This document shows positions 10,601 to 19,506 of a stretch of DNA of 64,000 nucleotides, piece after piece. The first letter of the stretch is position 1. The number at the start of each line of letters is the position of its first letter. The notes below the pieces were generated by a model that searched no databases, was not told where the DNA came from, and saw only the letters and a program-made list of their open reading frames with translations. The translations under genes were made by a program, and so were the position numbers. Origin of the DNA: Klebsiella pneumoniae (lineage in GTDB: Bacteria; Pseudomonadota; Gammaproteobacteria; Eutrophobiales; Eutrophobiaceae); the NCBI GenBank assembly GCA_945870865.1, contig CAMBTO010000001.1, forward strand, positions 15,487-79,486. Reading direction: 5' to 3'.

Positions 10601-11491
10601 CTAGCCGTGTCGGCCGGTAATATAGTCCTCGGTCATTTTCTGCCAGGGTTTGGTAAACAGAGTACTCGTATCGTTAAATTCAATCAGCTCACCTATATAC
10701 ATGTAGGCAGTATAATCAGACACACGGGCGGCCTGTTGCATGTTATGCGTTACGATTACGATTGTGTAGTTCGATTTAAGTTCATAGATCAATTCCTCAA
10801 TCTTCAGCGTAGAGATCGGGTCGAGTGCAGAGGCCGGTTCGTCCAGCAGCAACACCTCCGGTTCGATCGCAATTGCCCGGGCAATCACCAGACGTTGTTG
10901 CTGTCCGCCGGACAGCCCCATCGCATTGGCCTCCAGCCGGTCCTTTACCTCGTCCCAGAGTGCGGCGCTACGCAGTGACTTCTCGACAACCTCTTCCAGC
11001 ACCTTGCGGTTCTTTATACCTTGGATACGCAGTCCATAGGCGACATTTTCAAAAATCGACTTGGGAAAAGGGTTCGGCTTCTGGAATACCATACCAACAC
11101 GACGGCGCAATTCGGATACGTTTACCGATTTGGCATAAATATTCTGGTCGTCTAACGTCACCTCACCCTCGACCCTGACGTTGTCTATCAGGTCATTCAT
11201 CCGATTAAAACAGCGCAGCAGTGTTGATTTACCGCATCCACTCGGGCCGATAAACGCGGTCACCCTTTTCTCGGGAATCTTCAGATTGATAGTTTTCAGC
11301 GCCTGGTTATTGCCGTAGTAAAAGGAAAAATCCTTCACTTCGATGCATATCTTCTCGTTTTCGAGCAGTGCACAGTTGGCGGTTTTGCGGATGATGTCCG
11401 GGTCTATCGCATGTGTGCGCACATCACGTGGCTTTTCTTCTTTCTGGCTCATATCGCTCTTGCTGACCTGACTAGTGCTGCTCGGAGGCAC
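10601..11491 (-). CDS. pstB: phosphate ABC transporter ATP-binding protein
   Basis: The product has Walker [10 protein letters not shown], the signature LSGGQQQR and Walker B LLLDEP. Confidence 0.95.
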   Translation of the reverse strand: MPPSSTSQVSKSDMSQKEEKPRDVRTHAIDPDIIRKTANCALLENEKICIEVKDFSFYYGNNQALKTINLKIPEKRVTAFIGPSGCGKSTLLRCFNRMNDLIDNVRVEGEVTLDDQNIYAKSVNVSELRRRVGMVFQKPNPFPKSIFENVAYGLRIQGIKNRKVLEEVVEKSLRSAALWDEVKDRLEANAMGLSGGQQQRLVIARAIAIEPEVLLLDEPASALDPISTLKIEELIYELKSNYTIVIVTHNMQQAARVSDYTAYMYIGELIEFNDTSTLFTKPWQKMTEDYITGRHG

Positions 11492-13133
11492 GGTACTTCT
11501 CCCTTAGCTTATTTCTAATATGGATGGCTGCCAAGTTTAAAAATATGATGATTAATACGAGTAACAGGGCTGTTGCATAGACCAGCGGTCTGGCGGCCTC
11601 GACATTCGGGCTCTGGAAACCCACATCATAAATATGAAAACCCAGATGCATGAACTTGCGTTCCAGGTGCAGATACGGGAAATTGCCGTCCAGTGGTAAC
11701 GAAGGCGCCAGTTTGACCACGCCGACGAGCATCAATGGGGCAACCTCGCCTGCAGCACGTGCAATAGCCAGAATCAGACCGGTCATCATCGCGGAAGCGG
11801 TCATCGGCAGCACGGTTCGCATCAGCGTCTCCGCCTTGGTGGCACCGAGCGCCAGACTGCCTTCACGAATTGATCTGGGAACACGGGAGAGACCTTCCTC
11901 AGTCGAGACGATGACCACCGGTACGGTCAGGATGGCCAGTGTCAATGAGGCCCACAACAGTCCCGGTGTCCCGAATGTCGGTGATGGCAGCGACGCGGAG
12001 TAAAACAATTCATCTATGTTGCCACCGATAAAGTAGACAAAAAATCCGAGACCAAATACACCATAAACAACTGACGGTACACCGGCGAGGTTATTCACAG
12101 CAATTCGGATAATCCGTACCAGCATCCCCTGCCGCGCATATTCGCGCAGATACACGGCAGCAATGACGCCAAACGGTGTCACCATCACCGACATTATCAG
12201 CACCATCATTACCGTACCAAAAATGGCCGGGAATATACCGCCTTCGGTATTGGCCTCGCGCGGCTCGTCGGAAACAAACTCCCACAACTTTTCCAGATAA
12301 AACCGGACCTTCGCAAATACTGACATTGCATTAGGCTGATAGGCCCTGACAACCTGCGCCAGTGGTAGCTCCACCTCCGTCTCGTCCGACAGTCTTGCGG
12401 TAATGCTGTAACTGCCAAGCTGGGTATAGAGCCTGGCCAACTCTTCGGTATGGGTATTATATTGCTGCTGCAACTCCGTTTCCGCCAGCCGAATCTCTGC
12501 CAGATCTTCAGGTGCAGACTGGGCAAGACGATTTTCCATTAGCCGTAAGCGCTCAATTTCATAATTGATATCACCTATCAGGTCTTTCTCTATATGTTCT
12601 ATCGCCTCATGCAAGGCTGTGGTTTCGCCTGTCACCTGCATCAGCTTGTCCCACAACAAAGACGGATCAGTGACCTCTACCTGGCCGTCCTTGTTTACCG
12701 CAACCAGGTAACCATAAAGATTACCCCATTCGCGACGTTCGATCGCCATTAACTGATTCGGGTACAGAACGTTCTTCATGGCCGGGGCAATTACCCAGCG
12801 GAAGTCTATGCCGAGATGATCACGATTACCTGTTTTGATCAAATAACGTTCGATAAAGTCTGCGTCTACCGGTATGCGTGTATCACTGTCCACCATTCGC
12901 GCACGTGGCACACTTTCATGCTCGACCATCTCACCGATGATGTGTACGTTTGCGCCCGTCTCATCCAGATATTCAAACTCCGCGATCGACTTTGGCCAGA
13001 AATGTCCCAGCCCCCTGACCGCTATCAGTGTCAGCAGTCCCACCACCAGCAGTATGGATACGCTGACCGCTCCTGCATTCAGCCATATCCAGGGTGCGCC
13101 GGAATCAAACCATAATTTTAATCTGCTCGTCAT
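11472..13133 (-). CDS. pstA: phosphate ABC transporter permease PstA (long form with N-terminal extension)
   Basis: The gene sits between pstC and pstB and overlaps pstB. It has a C-terminal permease domain and a long periplasmic loop, as in Pseudomonas-type PstA. Confidence 0.9.
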   Translation of the reverse strand: MTSRLKLWFDSGAPWIWLNAGAVSVSILLVVGLLTLIAVRGLGHFWPKSIAEFEYLDETGANVHIIGEMVEHESVPRARMVDSDTRIPVDADFIERYLIKTGNRDHLGIDFRWVIAPAMKNVLYPNQLMAIERREWGNLYGYLVAVNKDGQVEVTDPSLLWDKLMQVTGETTALHEAIEHIEKDLIGDINYEIERLRLMENRLAQSAPEDLAEIRLAETELQQQYNTHTEELARLYTQLGSYSITARLSDETEVELPLAQVVRAYQPNAMSVFAKVRFYLEKLWEFVSDEPREANTEGGIFPAIFGTVMMVLIMSVMVTPFGVIAAVYLREYARQGMLVRIIRIAVNNLAGVPSVVYGVFGLGFFVYFIGGNIDELFYSASLPSPTFGTPGLLWASLTLAILTVPVVIVSTEEGLSRVPRSIREGSLALGATKAETLMRTVLPMTASAMMTGLILAIARAAGEVAPLMLVGVVKLAPSLPLDGNFPYLHLERKFMHLGFHIYDVGFQSPNVEAARPLVYATALLLVLIIIFLNLAAIHIRNKLREKYRASEQH

Positions 13134-15409
13134 AATGAACTGTATTTCTGGCGCAGCCGCTGTCTGACGACTTCAGCCACGGTATTAAACATGAAGGTTG
13201 CTACAAACAGGACGAGACCAGCGAGAAACAGGATACGGTAGTGTGTACTGCCCAGTTCTGATTCTGGCATCTCGGTCGCTATATTAGCCGAAAGGGCGCG
13301 AAAACCCTGGAACATGTTCAAATCCATAATGGCGGTATTACCGGTTGCCATTACCACTATCATGGTCTCGCCTACCGCTCGACCGAGACCGATCATCACG
13401 GCCGAGAAAATACCTGGGCTGGCAGTCAACAGGATCACCCGTGCCATCGTCTGCCAGGGTGTTGCACCCAGTGCCAGTGAACCGGTGGTCAGGTGCCTCG
13501 GCACCCCGAATATTGCATCTTCACTGATGGAAAATATCGTTGGTATGACTGCAAACCCGATAGCAATGCCGACTACAAACGAATTGCGCTGATCATAGGT
13601 GATTCCCCATTGCTGGCTCATCCACAGTGGTAGATTTCCGTCAAACAACCACAACTCCAGCGTCTTGCTCGAACCAAATACCACAGTAGTCACCAGCATG
13701 ATGACCGGGATCAGGATCATCGCCTCCGAACCGGCCGGCACCCTCAGTCGAAAAGACTCAGGCAACCTGCCCCAGACCCAGGCCGTCAGTAACACGGCCG
13801 CAGGTATCATTAAAAACATAAGGAACATAGCTGTAAGATAGGCCTCTACCAGCGGCGCAAACCACAGACCTGCCAGAAACCCGAGGATCACGGTCGGCAG
13901 TGCGGCCATAATCTCAATAGTCGGTTTGACTATGTTACGCATACCCGGCGACATGAAATACGCGGTATATATGGCACCCATAATCGCGAGCGGAATCGCA
14001 AACAACATCGCATAAAATGAGGCCTTCAACGTGCCAAATGCGAGCGGGGTAAGACTGAATTTCGGTTCAAAATCACTGCTGGCCGAGGAAGATTGCCAGA
14101 TATACTCAGGTTGGCCACGGCTCTCATACCAGACCTTGCCCCACAAGGAACTCCATGATACTTCAGGGTGCCTGTTTTCAAGGTCCCAGTACTGCAGATT
14201 GCCTCCCTCGCCCTCTATCAGCAGCGCGTTTGCCCGGGGCGCAACGGCCAGCTTGCCGGCTGGACCTGAATTCACATTTTCGAGCTTTACCGTACGATGG
14301 GCGGTGGCGTGGTATATCCCGAGATTACCTGCCCCATCAAGGGCTAACAATCCTTTGCGGAAATACTCCGGAACCACACTGGTTATCGGTGCATCCTGAG
14401 ATTCGAAATTACGCACATTCTGCAAGGTATAATTATTGTCAGCGTCGCGGACCGGGAACCATTGAGATATCGTCCCGTCAGTTTTACCTACAATTATTGA
14501 TATACCACCACTCAGAAATTCGAGTGCGGAAATACCATTGTTGTCAGTGGAAACCCTGACCCGTTCCAGCAAAAGCGGTACAGACTTGTCACTGATATCG
14601 TACGAATATAACCAGCCCCTGTCATCAGTGAAGTAGAGTTCACGCTGTTCAACGTCAATAACAAGATGGGTAATGCTGGTATTGAAGTTGATTGGTATTT
14701 CAGTTTCGATCCGGTTCAAGGTCTCACCTTCGCCCAGAAATCCAGTCTGTAATTCCAGATTGACCAGTAGAAGCCTTTTATCTTCAGTTACAGCGGCCAC
14801 AGTCGTCTGTGTGGTATCGGTCTGACCTGCCACCAGCAACAGAGGCTTGCGAGCCTGGTCAAGACTGACAGGTTTGCCGTCGAACAGACTGTATACGCCA
14901 GGGGTGATCAATCTTTTATCATCAGGGTAGGTGACAGTATATTGATGCCCGCGCAATATCACCGTCCCGTTATCCAGACCGAATACCAGTAGATGTTGCG
15001 CCGGATCTCCGGCAGCAAACGAACGGATACTTCGACGCTTGTCAGTCAAAACGGATTCCGTGTTGATGATCTCGCCAGTTGTCGTGTGAAAAAAAAGGAG
15101 ATTGCCCTGACGGGTAATACGCATACCCACTTCGTGCTGTTCCTCCAGCGCGTAGTGGAGTGTTTCCTGGTCTGTACCACCAGGTACTGTGTATGCAGCC
15201 AGTTGTTCCATGCGCGCCGGCAGGAACAAGGGGATAACCACCCAGACCAGATAGAGGGCAATCATTACTATCGCCCCAATCACACTGATACCACCGACCG
15301 CCATGAGATAACGAATCACCACATCCTTGACCATGCGGTAATTGCGATAACGCCTCGCGGCAGCATCGTTGAAGTCGGGTATAAATGATTCGGTTTTACT
15401 TACTGACAT
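13130..15409 (-). CDS. pstC: phosphate ABC transporter permease PstC (long form, 759 aa)
   Basis: The product has a C-terminal PstC permease core and a large N-terminal periplasmic domain. The gene has a 4-bp overlap with pstA. Confidence 0.9.
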   Translation of the reverse strand: MSVSKTESFIPDFNDAAARRYRNYRMVKDVVIRYLMAVGGISVIGAIVMIALYLVWVVIPLFLPARMEQLAAYTVPGGTDQETLHYALEEQHEVGMRITRQGNLLFFHTTTGEIINTESVLTDKRRSIRSFAAGDPAQHLLVFGLDNGTVILRGHQYTVTYPDDKRLITPGVYSLFDGKPVSLDQARKPLLLVAGQTDTTQTTVAAVTEDKRLLLVNLELQTGFLGEGETLNRIETEIPINFNTSITHLVIDVEQRELYFTDDRGWLYSYDISDKSVPLLLERVRVSTDNNGISALEFLSGGISIIVGKTDGTISQWFPVRDADNNYTLQNVRNFESQDAPITSVVPEYFRKGLLALDGAGNLGIYHATAHRTVKLENVNSGPAGKLAVAPRANALLIEGEGGNLQYWDLENRHPEVSWSSLWGKVWYESRGQPEYIWQSSSASSDFEPKFSLTPLAFGTLKASFYAMLFAIPLAIMGAIYTAYFMSPGMRNIVKPTIEIMAALPTVILGFLAGLWFAPLVEAYLTAMFLMFLMIPAAVLLTAWVWGRLPESFRLRVPAGSEAMILIPVIMLVTTVVFGSSKTLELWLFDGNLPLWMSQQWGITYDQRNSFVVGIAIGFAVIPTIFSISEDAIFGVPRHLTTGSLALGATPWQTMARVILLTASPGIFSAVMIGLGRAVGETMIVVMATGNTAIMDLNMFQGFRALSANIATEMPESELGSTHYRILFLAGLVLFVATFMFNTVAEVVRQRLRQKYSSL

Positions 15410-15672
15410 GGTGCAAGTCTATGTCTGGATAATGACACAAGTGTTACATAAGCCAGTATTCGGGAAAATTATACTGTCTGTCTGCACCATATTGTTTACT
15501 CTCCAGTCAGTTCAGGGCGCCAGATCGACGGATTGCTGAGAACAGTTGTCCGTAGTTAATTCAGGCTGGCGTTGGTTACTTATCATCCCGGTCACACAGC
15601 GTGAGACCTGGAACCTCCATGATGGCTCATGTCTTAAAGGGCAAGAATTTTCTCTGTATATTACCGGAAAAA

Positions 15673-15690
15673 CTGTCATAAAAGTTTAAC
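15673..15690 (+). promoter_or_regulatory. Pho-box-like site 1 upstream of the TPR gene
   Basis: The site reads CTGTCAT-AAAA-GTTTAAC. The first half-site is perfect and the second is weak. Confidence 0.4.
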
Positions 15691-15725
15691 AATACTTTTC
15701 CGTGCAAGTAATATAATAGTCACAA

Positions 15726-15743
15726 CTGTAATGAAACTGTAAC
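15726..15743 (+). promoter_or_regulatory. Pho box upstream of the TPR gene
   Basis: The site reads CTGTAAT-GAAA-CTGTAAC. Both half-sites match 6 of 7 positions with 11-bp phasing. It lies about 60 bp upstream of the ATG at 15803. Confidence 0.55.
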
Positions 15744-15802
15744 AAAAGTATGTTTCGGGTAATTCTGTCTTTTTTTATGGTTTCTTTTTGATGGAGGGTG
15801 AT

Positions 15803-16156
15803 GTCATGAAATTTCAAACTGTCGTTTTTATTATGTTACTGGGCCTGGCCGGGTATTCCTCAGTTGGCTATAGCGAGGAAAGTGGCTCCTACCAGGCTGA
15901 TGCGATTGCCAGCGGAAAATACGCTGATGCTGAACAGGGTCTGCTAACGATACTGGAAAATAATCCGGATGACCCCTACGCCCTTCTTAATCTCGCCTAT
16001 GTTTACCAGAAATCAGGCAATGCGACGAAGGCCCAGCAGGTATACCAGCGCATTCTCGATCTGAAAAATAACCCGTACGCCGAGTTGACATCGGGTAAAC
16101 CGGAACCGGTAAAAAACATCGCCCGCCGCGGAATTGCCAGCCTGGAATCCCGATAA
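15803..16156 (+). CDS. small secreted TPR-repeat protein
   Basis: The product has the signal peptide MKFQTVVFIMLLGLAGYSSVG and TPR-like helices (ALLNLAYVYQKSGNATKAQQVYQRIL). A GGAGGG RBS lies 6 bp upstream of the ATG at 15803. Pho-box-like repeats are upstream. Confidence 0.6.
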   Translation, partial: VMKFQTVVFIMLLGLAGYSSVGYSEESGSYQADAIASGKYADAEQGLLTILENNPDDPYALLNLAYVYQKSGNATKAQQVYQRILDLKNNPYAELTSGKPEPVKNIARRGIASLESR

Positions 16157-16177
16157 TTCTGCCGGTTTACTCCAGAT

Positions 16178-16624
16178 CTACTTAATTTCCGCCGTACATG
16201 TGGTCAGGGCGCTCGCCGTAGCGCTCGACCACAGTAGTTCACCTGAGTTGTCCGGATTCAGCACAAACAGGAAATGCTCCATACCTGAACCATTATCCAG
16301 CACCAGATGCACCGTCTTTTCTTCAGGCTGGGTGTTGACCGGATTACTGTCAGCCCCGACCAGTTCCGCCCCCGCAAAAACCGCATAATGATTGTCCGCT
16401 TGCAATATCAGTGAAATGTATACCGGGTCGATTTTGGCTGAGCCCGGGACTGTTTCTAGCGCCACATACTGATGCCTGTCGCTGAATTCAACGGGCGCCT
16501 CACAGCGAGTTAACACGCTGGATTTGACGACTGTAGTATTGATAGTATCGGTGCTGGACGCTGACACTGTCTGTACAGCTGCCAATAACAAGGTAATCAA
16601 CAGGATTTTGTAGCGCATACTCAC
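16178..16624 (-). CDS. secreted hypothetical protein (148 aa)
   Basis: The product has the signal peptide MSMRYKILLITLLLAAVQTVSA. A Pho-box-like direct repeat lies 42 bp upstream. No family was recognised. Confidence 0.5.
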   Translation of the reverse strand: MSMRYKILLITLLLAAVQTVSASSTDTINTTVVKSSVLTRCEAPVEFSDRHQYVALETVPGSAKIDPVYISLILQADNHYAVFAGAELVGADSNPVNTQPEEKTVHLVLDNGSGMEHFLFVLNPDNSGELLWSSATASALTTCTAEIK

Positions 16625-16665
16625 TCATTAGTAACCATATAACATTAGCTTTATACGGTTTCATT

Positions 16666-16683
16666 ATTACATCTATATGACAA
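16666..16683 (-). promoter_or_regulatory. Pho box upstream of the 148-aa secreted protein gene
   Basis: The minus-strand reading is TTGTCAT-ATAG-ATGTAAT, lying 42 bp upstream of the start at 16624. Confidence 0.5.
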
Positions 16684-16702
16684 TCACATTAATCCACAAG
16701 CA

Positions 16703-17734
16703 ATGGCTGCAATGATTTCGACTCGATACAGATCAACATCCCGTTTCTTAATCCCTGTTCTAGTACTGGCGACCATAACCATGCCGGTTATGTCAGAACA
16801 GGGACAACAATATCTGTCCGTTGTTGCCGAAAATGATATCTATGCTCCGCGTGGTCAGGACAGGCACTATTCAAATGGCGTCAGAATTGCATATGGACTG
16901 TCGCATGACGATCATAGTCACTGGATTACCCGGCTCGGTGAACTGCTGACTGTCAGCGGTGGCGAGACAATACACCACACTGAATTTGCCCTCGGCCAGA
17001 ATATCTATACGCCTGAATATTATGTGGATAGTGCGCCGCAGTTGCAGGATCGCCCCTATGCCGGCTGGCTATACGGGGAATTGTCAGTCAATACACGTAA
17101 CGAAGGAATGGCAGAGGACTTTTCCATCAATATTGGAATCGTCGGCCCACTGGCACTGGGGGAACCGGGACAAAAACTGATACATAGTATTATCGATGAC
17201 CCGAAACCAGCTGGCTGGGACAACCAGTTACGCAACGAGCCGGCGTTGCTGGCCCGCTACCGTCGTAGCTGGTTTATACCCCTGCTTGATACCACGACTT
17301 TGCAGGCCGGATTCATCCCCAGACTGGGGATGAATATTGGCAATGTATTTACCGATGTCGCCATCGGCACGGCCATCCGGATTGGCAAATACCTGCCTCT
17401 GCAGGATGTTCCGCTGCGCATTCAGCCAGGACTGTCCGGCGCAAACAGTTATATAGCCGTGCGCAGGGGCAGTTTTGACTGGATGCTGTATGCCGAGGTT
17501 CAGGGTCGTGCCGTTGCACATAATATCTTTCTGGATGGCAATACCTTTGCAAACAGTCAATCGGTAGCAAAACGCCGCTTCGTCCAGGATCTGGCAACGG
17601 GTATTACACTTGGTTTCGGCCAGTTCAGTATGCCGGTATTCCTGTCGTTCAGCCTCATCTGGAGAGGCAGGGAATTTGATTTGCAAAACGGCGAAGCCAA
17701 CTTTGGATCTGCGATGATAGGAATACAGTATTAA
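16703..17734 (+). CDS. outer-membrane protein, LpxR/DUF2219-like lipid A deacylase family (tentative)
   Basis: The product has a signal peptide, the N-terminal motif VVAENDIYAPRGQDRHYSNG, which I recall as typical of the LpxR/DUF2219 family, and a C-terminal aromatic residue (IGIQY) typical of beta-barrels. Confidence 0.4.
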   Translation: MAAMISTRYRSTSRFLIPVLVLATITMPVMSEQGQQYLSVVAENDIYAPRGQDRHYSNGVRIAYGLSHDDHSHWITRLGELLTVSGGETIHHTEFALGQNIYTPEYYVDSAPQLQDRPYAGWLYGELSVNTRNEGMAEDFSINIGIVGPLALGEPGQKLIHSIIDDPKPAGWDNQLRNEPALLARYRRSWFIPLLDTTTLQAGFIPRLGMNIGNVFTDVAIGTAIRIGKYLPLQDVPLRIQPGLSGANSYIAVRRGSFDWMLYAEVQGRAVAHNIFLDGNTFANSQSVAKRRFVQDLATGITLGFGQFSMPVFLSFSLIWRGREFDLQNGEANFGSAMIGIQY

Positions 17735-17816
17735 TTATAAAAGAAAGGGGCGGCCTGTCCGCCGCCCCGAGGGGGAGATCAGGAGGCCACCGGCTGGTGG
17801 CCTCCTTGATACATTT

Positions 17817-19469
17817 TCAGGGGTTGATTACACCGGACTGGATTTCAGCCTGTAGCGGGTGAAAGTTCGCGCCAGGTAAGTTACCGTCCACTAGCGAATT
17901 GATGTAGGTCCACCCGTCCCAGAACGGTCCACCACCTACGCCATTATTGTTCGGATTTCCGTCCGGATTGCCCGAGGCCGGGTTTACTGCGCCAAAATAG
18001 TTGCCGATTGGGTTACCATTAACCGATGGAGGTAGCGGTGCGGTATTATTCGGGGCAACACCCGGATCGACTGCCAGCGTATTCGGATTAATAGTGCCGG
18101 CGAACAGCGTAAAATCGCGGCGATCGGCAGATACCGCTCCCGCCTCATCGTCCCCGCCATTAAAGAAGTTTACCGCCAGATTGGCCGGGGTAGAGCTCGC
18201 AACACCAAACCCGGGCGGCACGATGGTGCCATTGACACAATTGACCGCCACATCACGGAAGGCGGTAAACCGGTCTATCTGATTATCCATATCAAAACAG
18301 CCGGTATCAAATTTGCCACCGGCCAGTGTGTTATCCAGAAAGGCCGTGCGCCAGAATGCACCGCCAAAACCGACTTTGATGTGTGCGCCGGCGGTAACCG
18401 CCGTGGATCCGTCATTACCGAGGATGGTCACATTGATAAAATGGACATTTGAAACCGGCTCGGCATCGTTACTCGGACCGGCAGTGTCGGCCTCAATACC
18501 CATATCACCAAATGTGGCGCCCTGAACAACCAGCACATTTTGCACTGTTAACTGGGTGCCCTCATCAAAATCGATACCGTCATCATCAGCGCCATTCACT
18601 ACAACATTTGAAGCACTCGCGGCTCCACCAAACCACTCCACACCGTCATCATTCGAACCAAGAATCTGCAGGAAATTGATCCGGGTATTGCTTCCAGCCG
18701 CTTCGATCGTCAGGCCTTGTACTTCCTGCCCAGGGCGGAACAGCAGACCGGATTCGGCAATAATGACATACTCGACTGTACCGCTGCTGTCTTTATTATC
18801 TGTACAACCCATAAAACGGGTGACACCTGTAGGTGCCGCCTCGGTTGCAAGCTCGCCACCGCCCAGTCCATTGACACAACGGTTGTTGATACCTTTGCCA
18901 TTCAGCACCAGCCCGCCCCACGCACCACGGGTATTCAGGTTGGCCGGGTCATCAGTAATCTGCAGCGCAGCGCCGAGACCGGTCGCTGTGACTGCACCCA
19001 TGATAATTGGCAAATCCGCCGTGCCTCGTGCCTCAATACGCGAACCGCGGGTAACAACCAGTGAGGCCAATGCGTTGGTGACAGCGTAAACCTGTGTGCC
19101 CGGCTGCAATGTTAACACGGCATTTTTGGTGCCGCTCGGCCCGCCTGCCTGCCCACCATCACCTACACTTATTGTGTTTTGCAACACATAGACATGCGTG
19201 TTGGTCAGGAGCGTATTGCTGGTAATATCCTGGGTAATGACGCAAACAGGGAATTGTTTGCCGTAAACCGTCACCTTTGTTGATGCCAGCGTACCCGCGG
19301 CACAACTGCCTGCGGAACCACCAGAACTCGTGCTTGCGGCTTCTGTACCCGCATCGCTCAGACTGCCGCTGCAGGCACCCAGGGTGGCCATGACCAGCCC
19401 CAGCGTACATATCTTGGTAAATTTATAGAACATCGCCATTTGTGTAGACTCCATTTTGTAGTAAAGCAT
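17817..19469 (-). CDS. Gly/Asn/Asp-rich lipoprotein, probable parallel beta-helix surface protein
   Basis: The product has a lipobox (LVMATLGAC), with the likely start at the Met at about 19439. It has repetitive GxNxxG, NG and DD turns (GSNDDGVEWFGGAASASNVVVNGADDDGIDFDEG). The gene is immediately downstream of the TonB-dependent receptor. Confidence 0.5.
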   Translation of the reverse strand: MLYYKMESTQMAMFYKFTKICTLGLVMATLGACSGSLSDAGTEAASTSSGGSAGSCAAGTLASTKVTVYGKQFPVCVITQDITSNTLLTNTHVYVLQNTISVGDGGQAGGPSGTKNAVLTLQPGTQVYAVTNALASLVVTRGSRIEARGTADLPIIMGAVTATGLGAALQITDDPANLNTRGAWGGLVLNGKGINNRCVNGLGGGELATEAAPTGVTRFMGCTDNKDSSGTVEYVIIAESGLLFRPGQEVQGLTIEAAGSNTRINFLQILGSNDDGVEWFGGAASASNVVVNGADDDGIDFDEGTQLTVQNVLVVQGATFGDMGIEADTAGPSNDAEPVSNVHFINVTILGNDGSTAVTAGAHIKVGFGGAFWRTAFLDNTLAGGKFDTGCFDMDNQIDRFTAFRDVAVNCVNGTIVPPGFGVASSTPANLAVNFFNGGDDEAGAVSADRRDFTLFAGTINPNTLAVDPGVAPNNTAPLPPSVNGNPIGNYFGAVNPASGNPDGNPNNNGVGGGPFWDGWTYINSLVDGNLPGANFHPLQAEIQSGVINP

Positions 19470-19506
19470 CTCTATGATTTATCCGGTATCTGTAAGTCTG
19501 GCGGCG

